From assembly GCA_045655245.1 (NCBI GenBank), contig JAZOOX010000014.1, positions 5,056 to 69,055 of the forward strand: a stretch of DNA of 64,000 nucleotides. The letters run 5' to 3'. Both the position numbers and the translations under genes were made by a program. Under the pieces are notes generated by a model. The model was not told the origin of the DNA. It was given only the letters and a program-made list of their open reading frames with translations, and searched no databases. This stretch comes from Clostridia bacterium (GTDB lineage: Bacteria > Bacillota > Clostridia > RGIG8785). Position 1 is the first letter of the stretch. Each line of letters starts with the position of its first letter. Below are positions 26,610-36,763 of the stretch, in pieces.

Positions 26610-27101
26610 ATGATTTGTCAACATTGTAAGCAACAGCCTGCCACCACTTATTTCAGCGAGACGGTGAACGGGCATCAGAAGGAATTGTATCTTTGCGCTG
26701 AGTGCGCCGCCAAGCATCAGTCCTCCTTTTTGAATGTGGGGGATTTCATGCAGGGGTTTTTGGGACAGGGGTATGTGCCCCGGAAAGAAAAAGCTTGTCC
26801 CGTCTGCAAGATGACCGAAAGGGCGTTTTATAAGCACAGCAAGTTTGGTTGCGCCGCCTGTGCCCGTACCTTTGAAGCCCAGACCCGCAGGGTCTTGCAA
26901 CAGGTGCAGGGGAGCGGTCGGCATGTGGGAAAGGTTCCTGCCCACGGGCAGGAAACCGTCCGCAAACAGCGGGAGTTGGAACACTTAGAGAAAGAACTCC
27001 GTCAGGCGATTGCAGCCGAGGAGTATGAAGAAGCGGCACGGCTACGGGATACCATCCGTGACCTGAAAGGAGGGAATGACGGATGTGGTACAACGAAATA
27101 G
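26610..27101 (+). CDS. mcsA: McsA-like protein (zinc-finger plus UVR domain; McsB activator)
   Basis: CxxC pairs (CQHCK..CAEC; CPVCK..CAAC) and C-terminal UVR motif (..EEYEEAARLRDTIRDLK). Confidence 0.8.
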   Translation: MICQHCKQQPATTYFSETVNGHQKELYLCAECAAKHQSSFLNVGDFMQGFLGQGYVPRKEKACPVCKMTERAFYKHSKFGCAACARTFEAQTRRVLQQVQGSGRHVGKVPAHGQETVRKQRELEHLEKELRQAIAAEEYEEAARLRDTIRDLKGGNDGCGTTK

Positions 27102-28090
27102 GACCCGAGCAGGATGTGGTGTTAAGCACCCGCATCCGTCTGGCACGAAACCTTGCGGACCTGCCTTTTTCGGTGTTTATGGGGGCGGAGGAAGCCGCCG
27201 AACTTTTAAAACGGGTGGAGGGGGTATTGCCCCGACTGGGTGGATACCTAACGATGTATCGGTTGGATGGGATGGACGGAATTACCCGTCAGAAACTGGT
27301 GGAAGAGCATTTAATCAGCAAAGAACTGCAGGGAGGCGGCGGAGTGTTGCTCTCTGACGATCGCAAGGTGAGCGTGTTGGTCAACGAGGAGGACCATTTG
27401 CGGATTCAGGCGGTGGTGGCAGGGTTTGACCCCGCCGGCGCGCTGGATTTGGCGAACCGTGTGGACGATGCTTTGGAAGAAGAGTTTGCTTATGCATTTG
27501 ACCCCGAGTGGGGGTATCTGACCTCCTGCCCGACCAACATGGGAACGGGGATGCGGCTGAGCGTGATGGTACATCTTCCCGCTCTGCAACAGTTAAAGCA
27601 AATTGGGAATCTGCGGGAGTCGTTGTCTAAAATCGGACTGACTGTTCGCGGGTTGTACGGTGAAGGTTCGGAAGCGGACGGTGCGGTGTATCAAATCTCC
27701 AATCAGATTACCATGGGCGTGACCGAAGCCGAGTTGGTGGAAAAGGTCACTGCTGCCATGAACCAGGTGATTAAGATGGAACGCTCTGCTGTTCGGGAGT
27801 TGAAGGATCGGTTTTTAGAGCGGTTTTCCGACCCTGTTTGGCGGGCTTACGGTGTACTTTGTTACGCTCGAAAGCTCAGCGGTCGGGAGTTTATGAACTT
27901 ATACTCTCAGGTGCGGTTGGGGATTGCTTTAGGGATCATCCCCCTGGAAGAGTCTCCGTCTTTTCGGGAATTATTTGTTGCCGCCCAGGCTGGGATGCTG
28001 ATGGCGGAAGCAGGGGAAGAGCTGTCCCCCGAAGAACGGGATTTGGCACGGGCGGACAAGGTTCGTGCCGTTTTGAAAGGAGCGATATAA
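27083..28090 (+). CDS. mcsB: protein-arginine kinase McsB
   Basis: Guanidino-kinase signature CPTNMGTGMR. Confidence 0.9.
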   Translation: MWYNEIGPEQDVVLSTRIRLARNLADLPFSVFMGAEEAAELLKRVEGVLPRLGGYLTMYRLDGMDGITRQKLVEEHLISKELQGGGGVLLSDDRKVSVLVNEEDHLRIQAVVAGFDPAGALDLANRVDDALEEEFAYAFDPEWGYLTSCPTNMGTGMRLSVMVHLPALQQLKQIGNLRESLSKIGLTVRGLYGEGSEADGAVYQISNQITMGVTEAELVEKVTAAMNQVIKMERSAVRELKDRFLERFSDPVWRAYGVLCYARKLSGREFMNLYSQVRLGIALGIIPLEESPSFRELFVAAQAGMLMAEAGEELSPEERDLARADKVRAVLKGAI

Positions 28091-30553
28091 ATGAAAAACG
28101 AACTGCGATTTACCCGACTTGCCGAGCGGGTTTTGCGCCATGCACAGGAAATCGGTGAGAGTTCGGGCTACGGATATGTGGGCAGTGAAATGATTTTGGC
28201 AGGGATGTTGCGAGAAGCCGAGGGTGTTGCCTGTCAGGTGCTTTCCGACCATGGCGTGACCGAAGAAAAGGTCACCGAAAAGGCGTTGGAGATTTTGGGT
28301 GAACCCAGCGGTTCGGGGACCCCTGCCGCACTGACTCCCCGCACCAAGCGGGTGATTGAGCTGTCCGCCGTGGAAGCGGCACGGCAGGGACACGGATACA
28401 TCGGTACCGAGCATCTGCTGATGGCGATTTTGCGGGAAGGTGCCAACATCGCTGTCCGTGTATTGGGCGAGTTGGGGGTTTCTGCCCGTGATTTGTACCA
28501 AGAGGTATTAAAGCGCATCAACGGCGAGGACTCTGTGACCGAAGAAACCGTCCCGCCTAAGGCGAAGGCGGGGTCTGCCAAGGGGAGAAAGACGCCCACC
28601 CTGGACCAGTTTGGTCGGGACCTGACTGAACTGGCGCGGGCGGGGAAGTTTGACCCGATTATTGGTCGGGGCGAAGAAATCGAACGGGTGACTCAGATTC
28701 TAAGCCGCCGCACCAAGAACAACCCCTGTCTGATCGGGGAGCCGGGGGTGGGCAAGACTGCTGTGGCAGAAGGTTTGGCGCAGGAGATTGCCGCGGGAAA
28801 CGTACCCGAGCTGCTTCGCAACAAGCGGGTGATTGCCATTGACCTGTCTTCTATGGTGGCAGGCGCCAAGTACCGCGGGGAGTTTGAAGAACGTTTAAAG
28901 AAAGCATTAGAAGAAATTGTTACTGCGGGGGATGTGATCCTCTTTATCGACGAGGTGCATACCATTGTGGGTGCAGGTGCCGCTGAGGGTGCCATCGACG
29001 CTGCCAACATCCTAAAACCGTTGTTGGCGCGGGGGGAACTCCAGCTGATTGGTGCCACTACTCTGAATGAATATCGGAAGTATATTGAAAAGGATGCGGC
29101 GCTGGAGCGGCGGTTCCAGCCGATTACAGTAGGTGAGCCGACAGTGGAAGAAACGGTTGCCATCCTAAAGGGGATCCGTGATAAGTACGAAGCCCATCAC
29201 GCCGTAGCCATTACCGATGGCGCGTTAGAAGCGGCGGCAAAGCTTTCGGCACGGTATATCACCGATCGATTCCTCCCTGATAAGGCAATTGATCTGGTGG
29301 ATGAGGCGGCATCGCGAATGAAACTGCAGACGGTGACCGCTCCTGCAGAGCTACGGGAGATGGAAGAGCGTTTGTCCCAAATCGGTCGTGAGAAAGAGGA
29401 GGCTGTCCGCGGACAAGATTTTGAGAAAGCGGCTACCCTTCGTGACGAGGAGAATCGGGTTGCCGAGGAACTGAAGTCGTTGAAGTCGGTTTGGGAACAG
29501 GAGACCCAAAACGCCGCCCGAAAGGTTACCGAGGAGGAGATTGCCGAAGTGGTTGCCAAGTGGACGGGGATTCCCACCCGCCGTTTGCAGGAGGAAGAAG
29601 GGGAGCGGTTGCTTCGCTTAGAGGAGACTTTGCACAACCGTGTCATCGGTCAGGATGATGCCGTTTCGGCGGTTGCCCGTGCCATTCGCCGTGGCAGAGT
29701 CGGGTTAAAAGACCCCAAGCGACCCATTGGTTCCTTTATCTTTTTGGGGCCTACGGGTGTGGGTAAGACCGAGCTTTGCAAAGCCCTTGCCGAAGCGCTG
29801 TTCGGGGACGAGGACGCCATGATTCGGGTGGATATGTCTGAGTATATGGAAAAGCACTCGGTCTCCCGTTTGGTCGGTTCGCCTCCCGGATATGTAGGTT
29901 ATGATGACGGCGGCCAGCTCACTGAAAAGGTCCGCCGCAAGCGCTATTCCGTTGTTTTGTTTGACGAGATTGAAAAGGCGCATCCTGACGTGTTCAATAT
30001 CCTGCTTCAGGTACTGGAGGACGGGATACTGACCGACAGTCAGGGACGAAAGGTGGACTTTCGTGACACGGTGGTGATTATGACTTCCAACGTAGGTGCA
30101 CGACGGATTACCGAGACTCAGCGCCGTCTGGGTTTTGCTGCCGAAGAACAGACTGCGGGCAGTGAGGAAATCCGTGAGCAGGTAATGGGCGAACTGAAAC
30201 AGGCCTTCCGTCCCGAGTTTTTAAACCGTATTGATGACGTCATTGTTTTTGCCCAGTTGCAAAAGCCCCAGATACGCATCATTGCCGAGAAGATGCTGGA
30301 GCGGGTGACTGCACGGATGGTGGACCATGGCATTGCCCTTCGCGTTACCGACGAAGCGTTGGACCATTTGGCGGAAGCGGGCTTTGACCCCGTTTACGGA
30401 GCAAGACCCTTGCGCCGTGCCATCCAGTCCCAGGTGGAGGATTTACTGGCGGAAGGAATGCTGTCGGGGAAGGTTTTGACCGATGCGGATGCGGTAATCG
30501 GCGTACAGGACGGGAAGATTGCCCTGGTTTCGGAAGAAAATTTGGGAAAATGA
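28091..30553 (+). CDS. clpC: ATP-dependent Clp protease ATP-binding subunit ClpC
   Basis: Clp N-repeats, two AAA+ modules (GEPGVGKT and GPTGVGKT Walker A), UVR linker; fourth gene of the ctsR operon. Confidence 0.95.
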   Translation: MKNELRFTRLAERVLRHAQEIGESSGYGYVGSEMILAGMLREAEGVACQVLSDHGVTEEKVTEKALEILGEPSGSGTPAALTPRTKRVIELSAVEAARQGHGYIGTEHLLMAILREGANIAVRVLGELGVSARDLYQEVLKRINGEDSVTEETVPPKAKAGSAKGRKTPTLDQFGRDLTELARAGKFDPIIGRGEEIERVTQILSRRTKNNPCLIGEPGVGKTAVAEGLAQEIAAGNVPELLRNKRVIAIDLSSMVAGAKYRGEFEERLKKALEEIVTAGDVILFIDEVHTIVGAGAAEGAIDAANILKPLLARGELQLIGATTLNEYRKYIEKDAALERRFQPITVGEPTVEETVAILKGIRDKYEAHHAVAITDGALEAAAKLSARYITDRFLPDKAIDLVDEAASRMKLQTVTAPAELREMEERLSQIGREKEEAVRGQDFEKAATLRDEENRVAEELKSLKSVWEQETQNAARKVTEEEIAEVVAKWTGIPTRRLQEEEGERLLRLEETLHNRVIGQDDAVSAVARAIRRGRVGLKDPKRPIGSFIFLGPTGVGKTELCKALAEALFGDEDAMIRVDMSEYMEKHSVSRLVGSPPGYVGYDDGGQLTEKVRRKRYSVVLFDEIEKAHPDVFNILLQVLEDGILTDSQGRKVDFRDTVVIMTSNVGARRITETQRRLGFAAEEQTAGSEEIREQVMGELKQAFRPEFLNRIDDVIVFAQLQKPQIRIIAEKMLERVTARMVDHGIALRVTDEALDHLAEAGFDPVYGARPLRRAIQSQVEDLLAEGMLSGKVLTDADAVIGVQDGKIALVSEENLGK

Positions 30554-30617
30554 TTGACAAACCCAAGAAGTTTAGTTATAATAAATACGCATGTTTATAG
30601 GAAGAGGTACGTTGCGC

Positions 30618-31094
30618 ATGAATCTGTCCGCATTGTTGAAAAATGAAGGTGCCGTTCGGGAACTGAACGAAGTTCTGGAAATTGACGGCGTTTCTTTGGC
30701 GGAGGGGTTTGTCCCGATTGAAGGTGGAGCCACGGTAGTCGGCTCGGTCAAGAATATCGGGCAAGAACTGTTACTTGATGCAACCGTGTCGATGACTGTC
30801 GTCCGCGGGTGTGACCGTTGCTTAAACGAGACGCGGACACAGACCGTTTTCTCGGTTTCGGAGCATCTACTCCCCGAAACCCGCATCAGCGAGGCTGATG
30901 AGAAAGACGGCATTGTGCTCGTTGAGGGCGAGTTGGATTTGGTTGAGCTGGTCAAAAGCCGACTGATTCTTCACCTGCCGATCAAGCACCTGTGTTCCGA
31001 AGACTGCAAGGGCTTGTGCGCACAATGTGGGGCCGACTTAAACGTTGCTCCCTGCATCCACTGCTCCGCGCAGGAGTCTGAACACGAAGAATAA
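30618..31094 (+). CDS. yceD: YceD/DUF177-family protein
   Basis: C-terminal Cys cluster (..CDRC..; ..CSEDCKGLCAQCGADLNVAPCIHC); immediately upstream of rpmF, as is usual. Confidence 0.75.
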   Translation: MNLSALLKNEGAVRELNEVLEIDGVSLAEGFVPIEGGATVVGSVKNIGQELLLDATVSMTVVRGCDRCLNETRTQTVFSVSEHLLPETRISEADEKDGIVLVEGELDLVELVKSRLILHLPIKHLCSEDCKGLCAQCGADLNVAPCIHCSAQESEHEE

Positions 31095-31124
31095 ACAAAC
31101 AATTCCGTAGGAGGTGTTTTTTCA

Positions 31125-31307
31125 ATGGCAGTACCGAAGAGAAAAGTATCCAAATCCAGACGCGATAAGAGACGCGCTAATTGGAAACTGTTGATTCCTG
31201 GTATGGTTGAGTGTCCTCAGTGCCACGCCGCCAAACTTCCCCACCGTGTGTGCAAGGAGTGCGGCTATTACAAGGGCAAGGAAGTCATCTCGGTTTCCAA
31301 CGACTAA
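31125..31307 (+). CDS. rpmF: 50S ribosomal protein L32
   Basis: [17 protein letters not shown].. with CxxC..CxxC zinc ribbon. Confidence 0.9.
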   Translation: MAVPKRKVSKSRRDKRRANWKLLIPGMVECPQCHAAKLPHRVCKECGYYKGKEVISVSND

Positions 31308-31316
31308 TCACAACAC

Positions 31317-31346
31317 AAAAGGCGATCCGTCAGGGTCGCTTTTTTG
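31317..31346 (+). terminator. terminator after rpmF
   Basis: GCGATCCGTCAGGGTCGC hairpin followed by T6. Confidence 0.7.
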
Positions 31347-31452
31347 TTTGTCCGAAAAGAAAAATACGCCAGGCTATATAAGCCCGTTTTCTTGTGCGTT
31401 CTAAGAGAGAAGACGTCCCGTTTCGGGGGCTTACCAAGGGCTTTTATAACCA

Positions 31453-31485
31453 AAAAAGACCCTCCCGAAACGGGAAGGTCTTTTG
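31453..31485 (-). terminator. bidirectional terminator after the abrB-like gene
   Basis: AAAAAAGACCCTCCCGAAACGGGAAGGTCTTTT. Confidence 0.8.
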
Positions 31486-31496
31486 TTTGTTTGGGG

Positions 31497-31739
31497 TTAG
31501 TTGTTTTGGAGTTCTTCTAAACAATCGGCACAGATTAGTTTGCCCTTAAAGGTGTTCAGGTCTTTGCTCGAACCGCAGAAGAGGCAGTTGATTTCGTGCT
31601 TCTTTAACACGATGCGGTCTTCCTCGACGGTAATTTCCAGAAAGTCACGCTCCGCAATGTTCAAAGTGCGGCGCATTTCGATGGGTAATACGATTCTGCC
31701 CAAGTCGTCCAGCGCACGAATCATTCCGGTAGATTTCAT
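31497..31739 (-). CDS. AbrB/SpoVT-family transcriptional regulator with C-terminal zinc ribbon
   Basis: N-terminus MKSTGMIRALDDLGRIVLPIEMRRTLNI closely resembles AbrB; C-terminal CLFCG..CADC; RBS GGAGGAAACGG before ATG 31739; the listed ORF start is 54 nt further upstream. Confidence 0.8.
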   Translation of the reverse strand: MKSTGMIRALDDLGRIVLPIEMRRTLNIAERDFLEITVEEDRIVLKKHEINCLFCGSSKDLNTFKGKLICADCLEELQNN

Positions 31740-31849
31740 TCCGTTTCCTCCTTTGTTTTTTCCTAGTATAGCATAATTTCCAAAGATTGTCAATTATTTT
31801 ACATGAAAGATTTTGCGGGGGAATAGAATGAATCAAAGGAGGGGAAGGG

Positions 31850-32425
31850 ATGCTGAACGGATTGTGGTCGGGGATGTTGATCATTTCGTTGTTCTTCGGC
31901 GGGATCAACGGACGGCTGGACGAGGTGGTTGGAGCGGGGCTCAACGCTGCAGGGGAAGCGGCAAAGCTGACTCTGGGGTTGTTGGGCGTTCTTTGTCTTT
32001 GGTGCGGGGTAATGGAGGTGTTGCGCCAGGCGGGAGGTGTGGGCTTGGTGGGGCGAATTTTCCGACCTGTGTTAAAGCGACTGTTCCCCAAACTACCCGA
32101 AGAATCCCCTGCCATGGAAGCGATTGTTCTGAATTTGTCCGCCAATATGCTGGGGATTTCCAACGCCGCTACGCCTTTGGGGTTAAGGGCGATGCGGGAA
32201 CTACAAAAACGAAACCAAAACCCCGATGAAGCCAGCAACGAAATGTGTACCTTTGCGGTAATGAACACCGCTTCGGTGCAGCTGATCCCCACCACCTTGG
32301 TTGCCCTGCGTCAGGGAGCCGGATCGACGGCGCCCTTTGAGATTGTTCTCCCCGTGGTGGCGGTTAGTCTGATCGTGCTGATGATTGCTCTGACCTGTGA
32401 AAAACTGGGGGAATGGCGATGGTAA
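31850..32425 (+). CDS. spmA: spore maturation protein A
   Basis: Nucleoside-transporter-like membrane protein of the SpmA family, followed by spmB. Confidence 0.8.
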   Translation: MLNGLWSGMLIISLFFGGINGRLDEVVGAGLNAAGEAAKLTLGLLGVLCLWCGVMEVLRQAGGVGLVGRIFRPVLKRLFPKLPEESPAMEAIVLNLSANMLGISNAATPLGLRAMRELQKRNQNPDEASNEMCTFAVMNTASVQLIPTTLVALRQGAGSTAPFEIVLPVVAVSLIVLMIALTCEKLGEWRW

Positions 32426-32922
32426 TCGGGTTGGTGCTGTTTGGGACCATTCTGCTGGCGTGGTACAAAAGAGTTTCGGTTTTTGACGGGTTTGTGGCGG
32501 GGGCGAAGGAGGGAATCGCTACCGCCTTCGGGATCCTGCCGTCCCTGGTAGGGTTGCTGGTTGCGGTGGGGATGTTCCGCGCTTCAGGGGCGATGGATCT
32601 GCTGTTGACCTTTCTTGCCCCCGTCGGCAGTGCCTTGGGGATTCCTGCCGAGGTCATGCCCCTGGCAATGCTTCGGCCTGTATCGGGAAGCGGGTCACTG
32701 GCATTGGTGGCAGAGCTTTTTGACCGCTATGGACCCGACTCCTTCATTGGGCGGGCGGCATCGGTATTGATGGGGTCTACCGAGACGACCTTTTATACCC
32801 TGGCGGTCTATTTCGGGAGCGTAGGCATCCGCCGCACCCGACATACACTTCCTGCCGCGCTGATTGCCGACGGATGCGCCGCAATCCTTGCCGTAGCGGC
32901 GGTGCGGGTCTTTTTTGAATAA
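32413..32922 (+). CDS. spmB: spore maturation protein B
   Basis: SpmB-family membrane protein; overlaps the spmA end. Confidence 0.8.
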   Translation: MAMVIGLVLFGTILLAWYKRVSVFDGFVAGAKEGIATAFGILPSLVGLLVAVGMFRASGAMDLLLTFLAPVGSALGIPAEVMPLAMLRPVSGSGSLALVAELFDRYGPDSFIGRAASVLMGSTETTFYTLAVYFGSVGIRRTRHTLPAALIADGCAAILAVAAVRVFFE

Positions 32923-32983
32923 GACTTGATTTTGCGGGGAAAAACTGGTATAATAAAATAAATTCCACAAGGAGGGATTCGAT

Positions 32984-33307
32984 ATGGAAAACGGAAAAGT
33001 AATTTTCTCTGAAGATGTGATTATTGCGTTAATGAAAAAGGCGATTGCCGAGACCGAGGGTGTTTCTACTGTCAGCGGCGGTTTGTTTAACAAAAAACCT
33101 GCCATCCGTGCAGTGGTGGAAGAAGCAGGCGTATCGGTTGCCGCCAGCGTTTGTGTGGACTACGGCAAGCACATTCCCGATGTGGTACTGGCATTACAGC
33201 AGTGTGCCGCAGGGATGATTACCGATATGACCGGTTTGGCTGTTTTGGAACTGAACATCACGGTTGCGGATGTTGCCATTCCCAAGACCGAAGAGGTTTC
33301 GGAATGA
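32984..33307 (+). CDS. Asp23/Gls24-family (alkaline shock) protein
   Basis: 107 aa; MENGKVIFSEDVIIALMKKAIAETEGV.. typical Asp23 N-terminus. Confidence 0.8.
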   Translation: MENGKVIFSEDVIIALMKKAIAETEGVSTVSGGLFNKKPAIRAVVEEAGVSVAASVCVDYGKHIPDVVLALQQCAAGMITDMTGLAVLELNITVADVAIPKTEEVSE

Positions 33308-34158
33308 GTTGGAGCGTTTCGCTCCTGAAGGCAGTAAACCGCCTTTTCCCCTTGCCGCAACATCCTTTTAATCTGCAAAACGACGGGGTCAAGACCTATG
33401 CCGAATGGCAGTTTGAAAAGGGTCGCGACACCGTCGCTTTTTATTTGGAATATGCGACGTTGGCAGAACTGTTTTCAGGTAAGCAGGTGTTGGACATCGG
33501 TTGCGGTGCGGCGGGCAAGACCCTTTTTTATGCCAGCTGCGGCGTAGACCACATCACGGGAATGGACATTGTTCCTTACTATGAGGACGAGGCCAATGCT
33601 CTGGCTGAAAAGCTGGGCTACGCCGACCGGTTTACTTTTGTGTTGGGAGATGCCGCCCAGACCCCTTTTACCGATAACTCCTTTGACACGATTATCATGA
33701 ACGATGCCATGGAGCACGTGGACAAGCCTGAAGAAGTCTTAAAAGAGTGTCTGCGCATTCTTCGTCCCAAGGGCCGTATCTATATCAATTTTCCGCCTTA
33801 CGACCACCCTTACGGAGCCCACCTGAGCGATGCCATCGGGATGCCCTGGGTCCATCGGTTTTTTACCGAAAAAACCTTAATCGCAGGGTACAAAGACCTG
33901 GTTCGCCATCTGCCCGACGGCGAGAGCCGCATCGACTTCCGCATTTCCAAACGGGAGAACGGAGAGGAATATTTTTCTTATATTAATCATATGAGTATCC
34001 GCCGATTTCGGGGCATACTAAACCGACTGGACCTGACTCCCGCTTATTTGCGGGAAGTACCGTTGCGGGGGTTTTTAACGCCCTTGGCAAAACTCCCCTT
34101 ACTCAAGGAGTGCTTCGTCAAAATGGTAGTCTGTGTGATTGAAAAGGAGGACATATGA
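33304..34158 (+). CDS. class I SAM-dependent methyltransferase
   Basis: Motif I VLDIGCGAAGKT; ATGA overlap with the Asp23 stop; the listed ORF (33151) starts inside the previous gene. Confidence 0.7.
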   Translation: MSWSVSLLKAVNRLFPLPQHPFNLQNDGVKTYAEWQFEKGRDTVAFYLEYATLAELFSGKQVLDIGCGAAGKTLFYASCGVDHITGMDIVPYYEDEANALAEKLGYADRFTFVLGDAAQTPFTDNSFDTIIMNDAMEHVDKPEEVLKECLRILRPKGRIYINFPPYDHPYGAHLSDAIGMPWVHRFFTEKTLIAGYKDLVRHLPDGESRIDFRISKRENGEEYFSYINHMSIRRFRGILNRLDLTPAYLREVPLRGFLTPLAKLPLLKECFVKMVVCVIEKEDI

Positions 34159-35948
34159 ATATCAGCCAAAACATTCGCTACATCGGCGTAAACGACTATA
34201 AAACCGACCTGTTCGAAGGTCAGTACAAGGTTCCTGACGGAATCTCGTACAATTCTTATCTGATTTTGGACGACAAGATTGCGGTCATGGACACGGTAGA
34301 CACCCGCTTTTCCCACGAGTGGCTGGACGCTCTCCAGCGGGAATTGGGCGGTCGTACCCCCGATTATCTGGTTATTCAGCATATGGAGCCTGACCATTCG
34401 GGGAGCATTGGCAAGTTCTTGGACACCTACCCTAATGCCACTGTGGTTTCCTCGGACAAATCTTTTGGGATGATGCAAAAGTTCTTTGGTCGACCCAAGG
34501 GCGAGGAGCAGCGTCTGACCGTTGCCGAGGGGGACACCCTTTCTTTGGGCGCACACACCCTGCATTTTGTTGCTGCACCCATGGTCCACTGGCCCGAGGT
34601 TATGGTCACTTACGAATCCTCTGAAAAGGTGCTCTTTTCCGCTGACGGGTTCGGCAAGTTTGGTACCCCCGAGCGGGGCGGTGAATGGGCAGACGAGGCG
34701 CGACGCTATTACATCGGTATCGTAGGAAAGTATGGTCCGCAGGTTCAGGCGTTGTTGAAAAAAGCCGCAGGATTGGATATTGAAACAATTTGCCCTCTGC
34801 ATGGGCCTGTGCTGAAAGCACCTCTGGCCGAGTATCTGCGGTTGTATCAGGCTTGGTCGTCCTACACTCCCGAAGAAGAGGGGATTATGATTGCCTATAC
34901 CTCGGTCTATGGGAACACCCGCAACGCCGTACAAAAACTGGCGGAAAAACTCAAAGCACTGAACTGCCCCCGTGTAGAGGTCTGTGACCTGGCACGTACC
35001 GACATCGACCAGGCGGTGGCAAACGCCTTCCGATTCAGTAAACTGGTTTTGGCGACCACCACTTATAATGCGGGACTATTCCCCTATATGCGCCGCTTTG
35101 TGGAATATCTCACCGAGCGAAACTTCCAAAACCGCACTGTGGGTCTGATTGAAAACGGAAGCTGGGCACCCCGTGCTAACAAACTGCTGCACGAGGCGCT
35201 GGATAGCTGCAAAAACATCACCTGGCTGGCGGACGAGCTTACCATCCACGCGGCAATGACCGACGCCGACGGCGAGACCTTGCAAAGAATGGCGGAAGAA
35301 CTTTGTCAGGACTATCTGGCACAAAACGGCGAGACCGCTGATAAGCAGGACAAGACCGCCCTCTTTAAACTGGGCTACGGGTTGTACGTGGTTACCTGCC
35401 GGGACGGCGAGAAGGACAACGGGCTTATCGTCAACACTGTGACCCAGGTCACCGACACCCCTCAACGGGTAGCGGTCACCATCAATAAAGAAAACTACTC
35501 CCACCATATTATCCAAAAGACGGGGAAGATGAACATTAACTGTCTCACCGAGGAAGCACCTTTCTCGGTCTTCGAAAACTTTGGATTTAAGAGCGGTCGT
35601 TCGACAGATAAGTTTGCCGACATCGACGCCCTACGCTCGGACAATGAGCTTACCTTCTTGTCCCGTTATATCAATGCCATGCTCTCGTTAGAAGTAGAGG
35701 AGTATGTGGATTTGGGCACCCACGGCATGTTCGTTTGCGCCGTCACCGAATCCCGCGTAATGAGTGACAAACCCAGTATGACCTACGCTTATTATCACGA
35801 AAACGTTAAGCCGAAGCCTCAAACCGACGGCAAAAAAGGATACGTCTGCCGCATCTGCGGATACGTCTACGAGGGTGATCCGTTGCCCGAGGACTTCATC
35901 TGTCCTCTTTGCAAACACGGCGTAGCGGATTTTGAGCCGATTGAATAG
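34155..35948 (+). CDS. flavodiiron protein (metallo-beta-lactamase + flavodoxin + flavin-reductase-like + C-terminal rubredoxin fusion)
   Basis: HxExDH diiron motif (..HMEPDHSG..), flavodoxin-like region, C-terminal rubredoxin CRICGYVYEGD..CPLC. Confidence 0.8.
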   Translation: MNISQNIRYIGVNDYKTDLFEGQYKVPDGISYNSYLILDDKIAVMDTVDTRFSHEWLDALQRELGGRTPDYLVIQHMEPDHSGSIGKFLDTYPNATVVSSDKSFGMMQKFFGRPKGEEQRLTVAEGDTLSLGAHTLHFVAAPMVHWPEVMVTYESSEKVLFSADGFGKFGTPERGGEWADEARRYYIGIVGKYGPQVQALLKKAAGLDIETICPLHGPVLKAPLAEYLRLYQAWSSYTPEEEGIMIAYTSVYGNTRNAVQKLAEKLKALNCPRVEVCDLARTDIDQAVANAFRFSKLVLATTTYNAGLFPYMRRFVEYLTERNFQNRTVGLIENGSWAPRANKLLHEALDSCKNITWLADELTIHAAMTDADGETLQRMAEELCQDYLAQNGETADKQDKTALFKLGYGLYVVTCRDGEKDNGLIVNTVTQVTDTPQRVAVTINKENYSHHIIQKTGKMNINCLTEEAPFSVFENFGFKSGRSTDKFADIDALRSDNELTFLSRYINAMLSLEVEEYVDLGTHGMFVCAVTESRVMSDKPSMTYAYYHENVKPKPQTDGKKGYVCRICGYVYEGDPLPEDFICPLCKHGVADFEPIE

Positions 35949-35966
35949 AATAGTGATTAGTTAAGG

Positions 35967-35996
35967 AAAGGACTTGGATTTCTCCAAGTCCTTTTT
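35967..35996. repeat. hairpin repeat copy A (AAAGGACTTGG-N-CCAAGTCCTTTTT), inverted orientation
   Basis: 11-bp stem; four copies in the window (also 38011, 40846, 55563); copy A has its loop flipped relative to the others. Confidence 0.85.
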
Positions 35997-36002
35997 GTTA
36001 TA

Positions 36003-36040
36003 AAAAAGAAGACCAATAATGACCAAAAGGATTGTGGTAT
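36003..36040 (+). promoter_or_regulatory. conserved 38-bp box (AAAAAGAnGACCAATAATGACCAAAAGnAnTGTGGTA), copy 1, promoter-like
   Basis: Nearly identical to 55603-55637 upstream of the phage small terminase; contains -35/-10-like hexamers. Confidence 0.5.
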
Positions 36041-36106
36041 GCTTTCTTTGTAAAAGGTTGTTGCTTTACAAACGACCGAGTTTATGATAGTATTAGGAGG
36101 AAATGA

Positions 36107-36763
36107 ATGAACGAAGAAAGAACCGCAGACGTTTTTCGCTCGTACTTGGTTGAAAATGCGGAATATGCAGGACAGGCAGAACTTCCGATCATCAAAACCA
36201 GCGATGAACTTCCGCAAAAACTTGTCCCGTTTTCCAAAGCGGTGACCAGAGGTCGCAAAGACTTCGACAGTTGGATTTGCTTTTATGAGCATGATGACCG
36301 ATTTGAACGGTTGTGGAAAGACCCCAAGCGCTACTTGCCGATTATCAAAAAATTTAAAGGGGTTATTTCACCCGACTTCAGTCTCTACCGCAATATGCCG
36401 ATTTGTATGCAATTGTGGAATACTTACCGTGGTAGAGCACTCGCCAATTGGCTTCAAAAAAACGGCGTAGAGGTTATCCCTAACGTCCGTTTTGGGGACG
36501 AACGCTCTTATTCTTTTTGCTTTGACGGGATTGAATCACAAAAAACGATTGCCGTTGGTACCCACGGATGCATTAAACACAAAACAGACCGCCTCTTTTT
36601 CCAAGTGGGCTTGGATGTTGCTGTCCGTAGACTGAACCCCAAAAACATAATCGTTTACGGACGGGCCCCTGACCGCGTATTTAAGCCCTACCGTGACCGA
36701 GGTATCCACGTTATCGCCTTCGAAAGCGAGTTCGCAGCATCTCGAAAGAAGGTGCGGGAATAA
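36107..36763 (+). CDS. hypothetical protein (phage-associated; possibly DUF4417-like, from memory)
   Basis: 218 aa; ..WICFYEHDDRFERLWKDPKRYLPIIKKFKGVISPDFSLYRNMP..; RBS AGGAGGAAATGA; preceded by the same box as the phage terminase gene. Confidence 0.5.
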   Translation: MNEERTADVFRSYLVENAEYAGQAELPIIKTSDELPQKLVPFSKAVTRGRKDFDSWICFYEHDDRFERLWKDPKRYLPIIKKFKGVISPDFSLYRNMPICMQLWNTYRGRALANWLQKNGVEVIPNVRFGDERSYSFCFDGIESQKTIAVGTHGCIKHKTDRLFFQVGLDVAVRRLNPKNIIVYGRAPDRVFKPYRDRGIHVIAFESEFAASRKKVRE

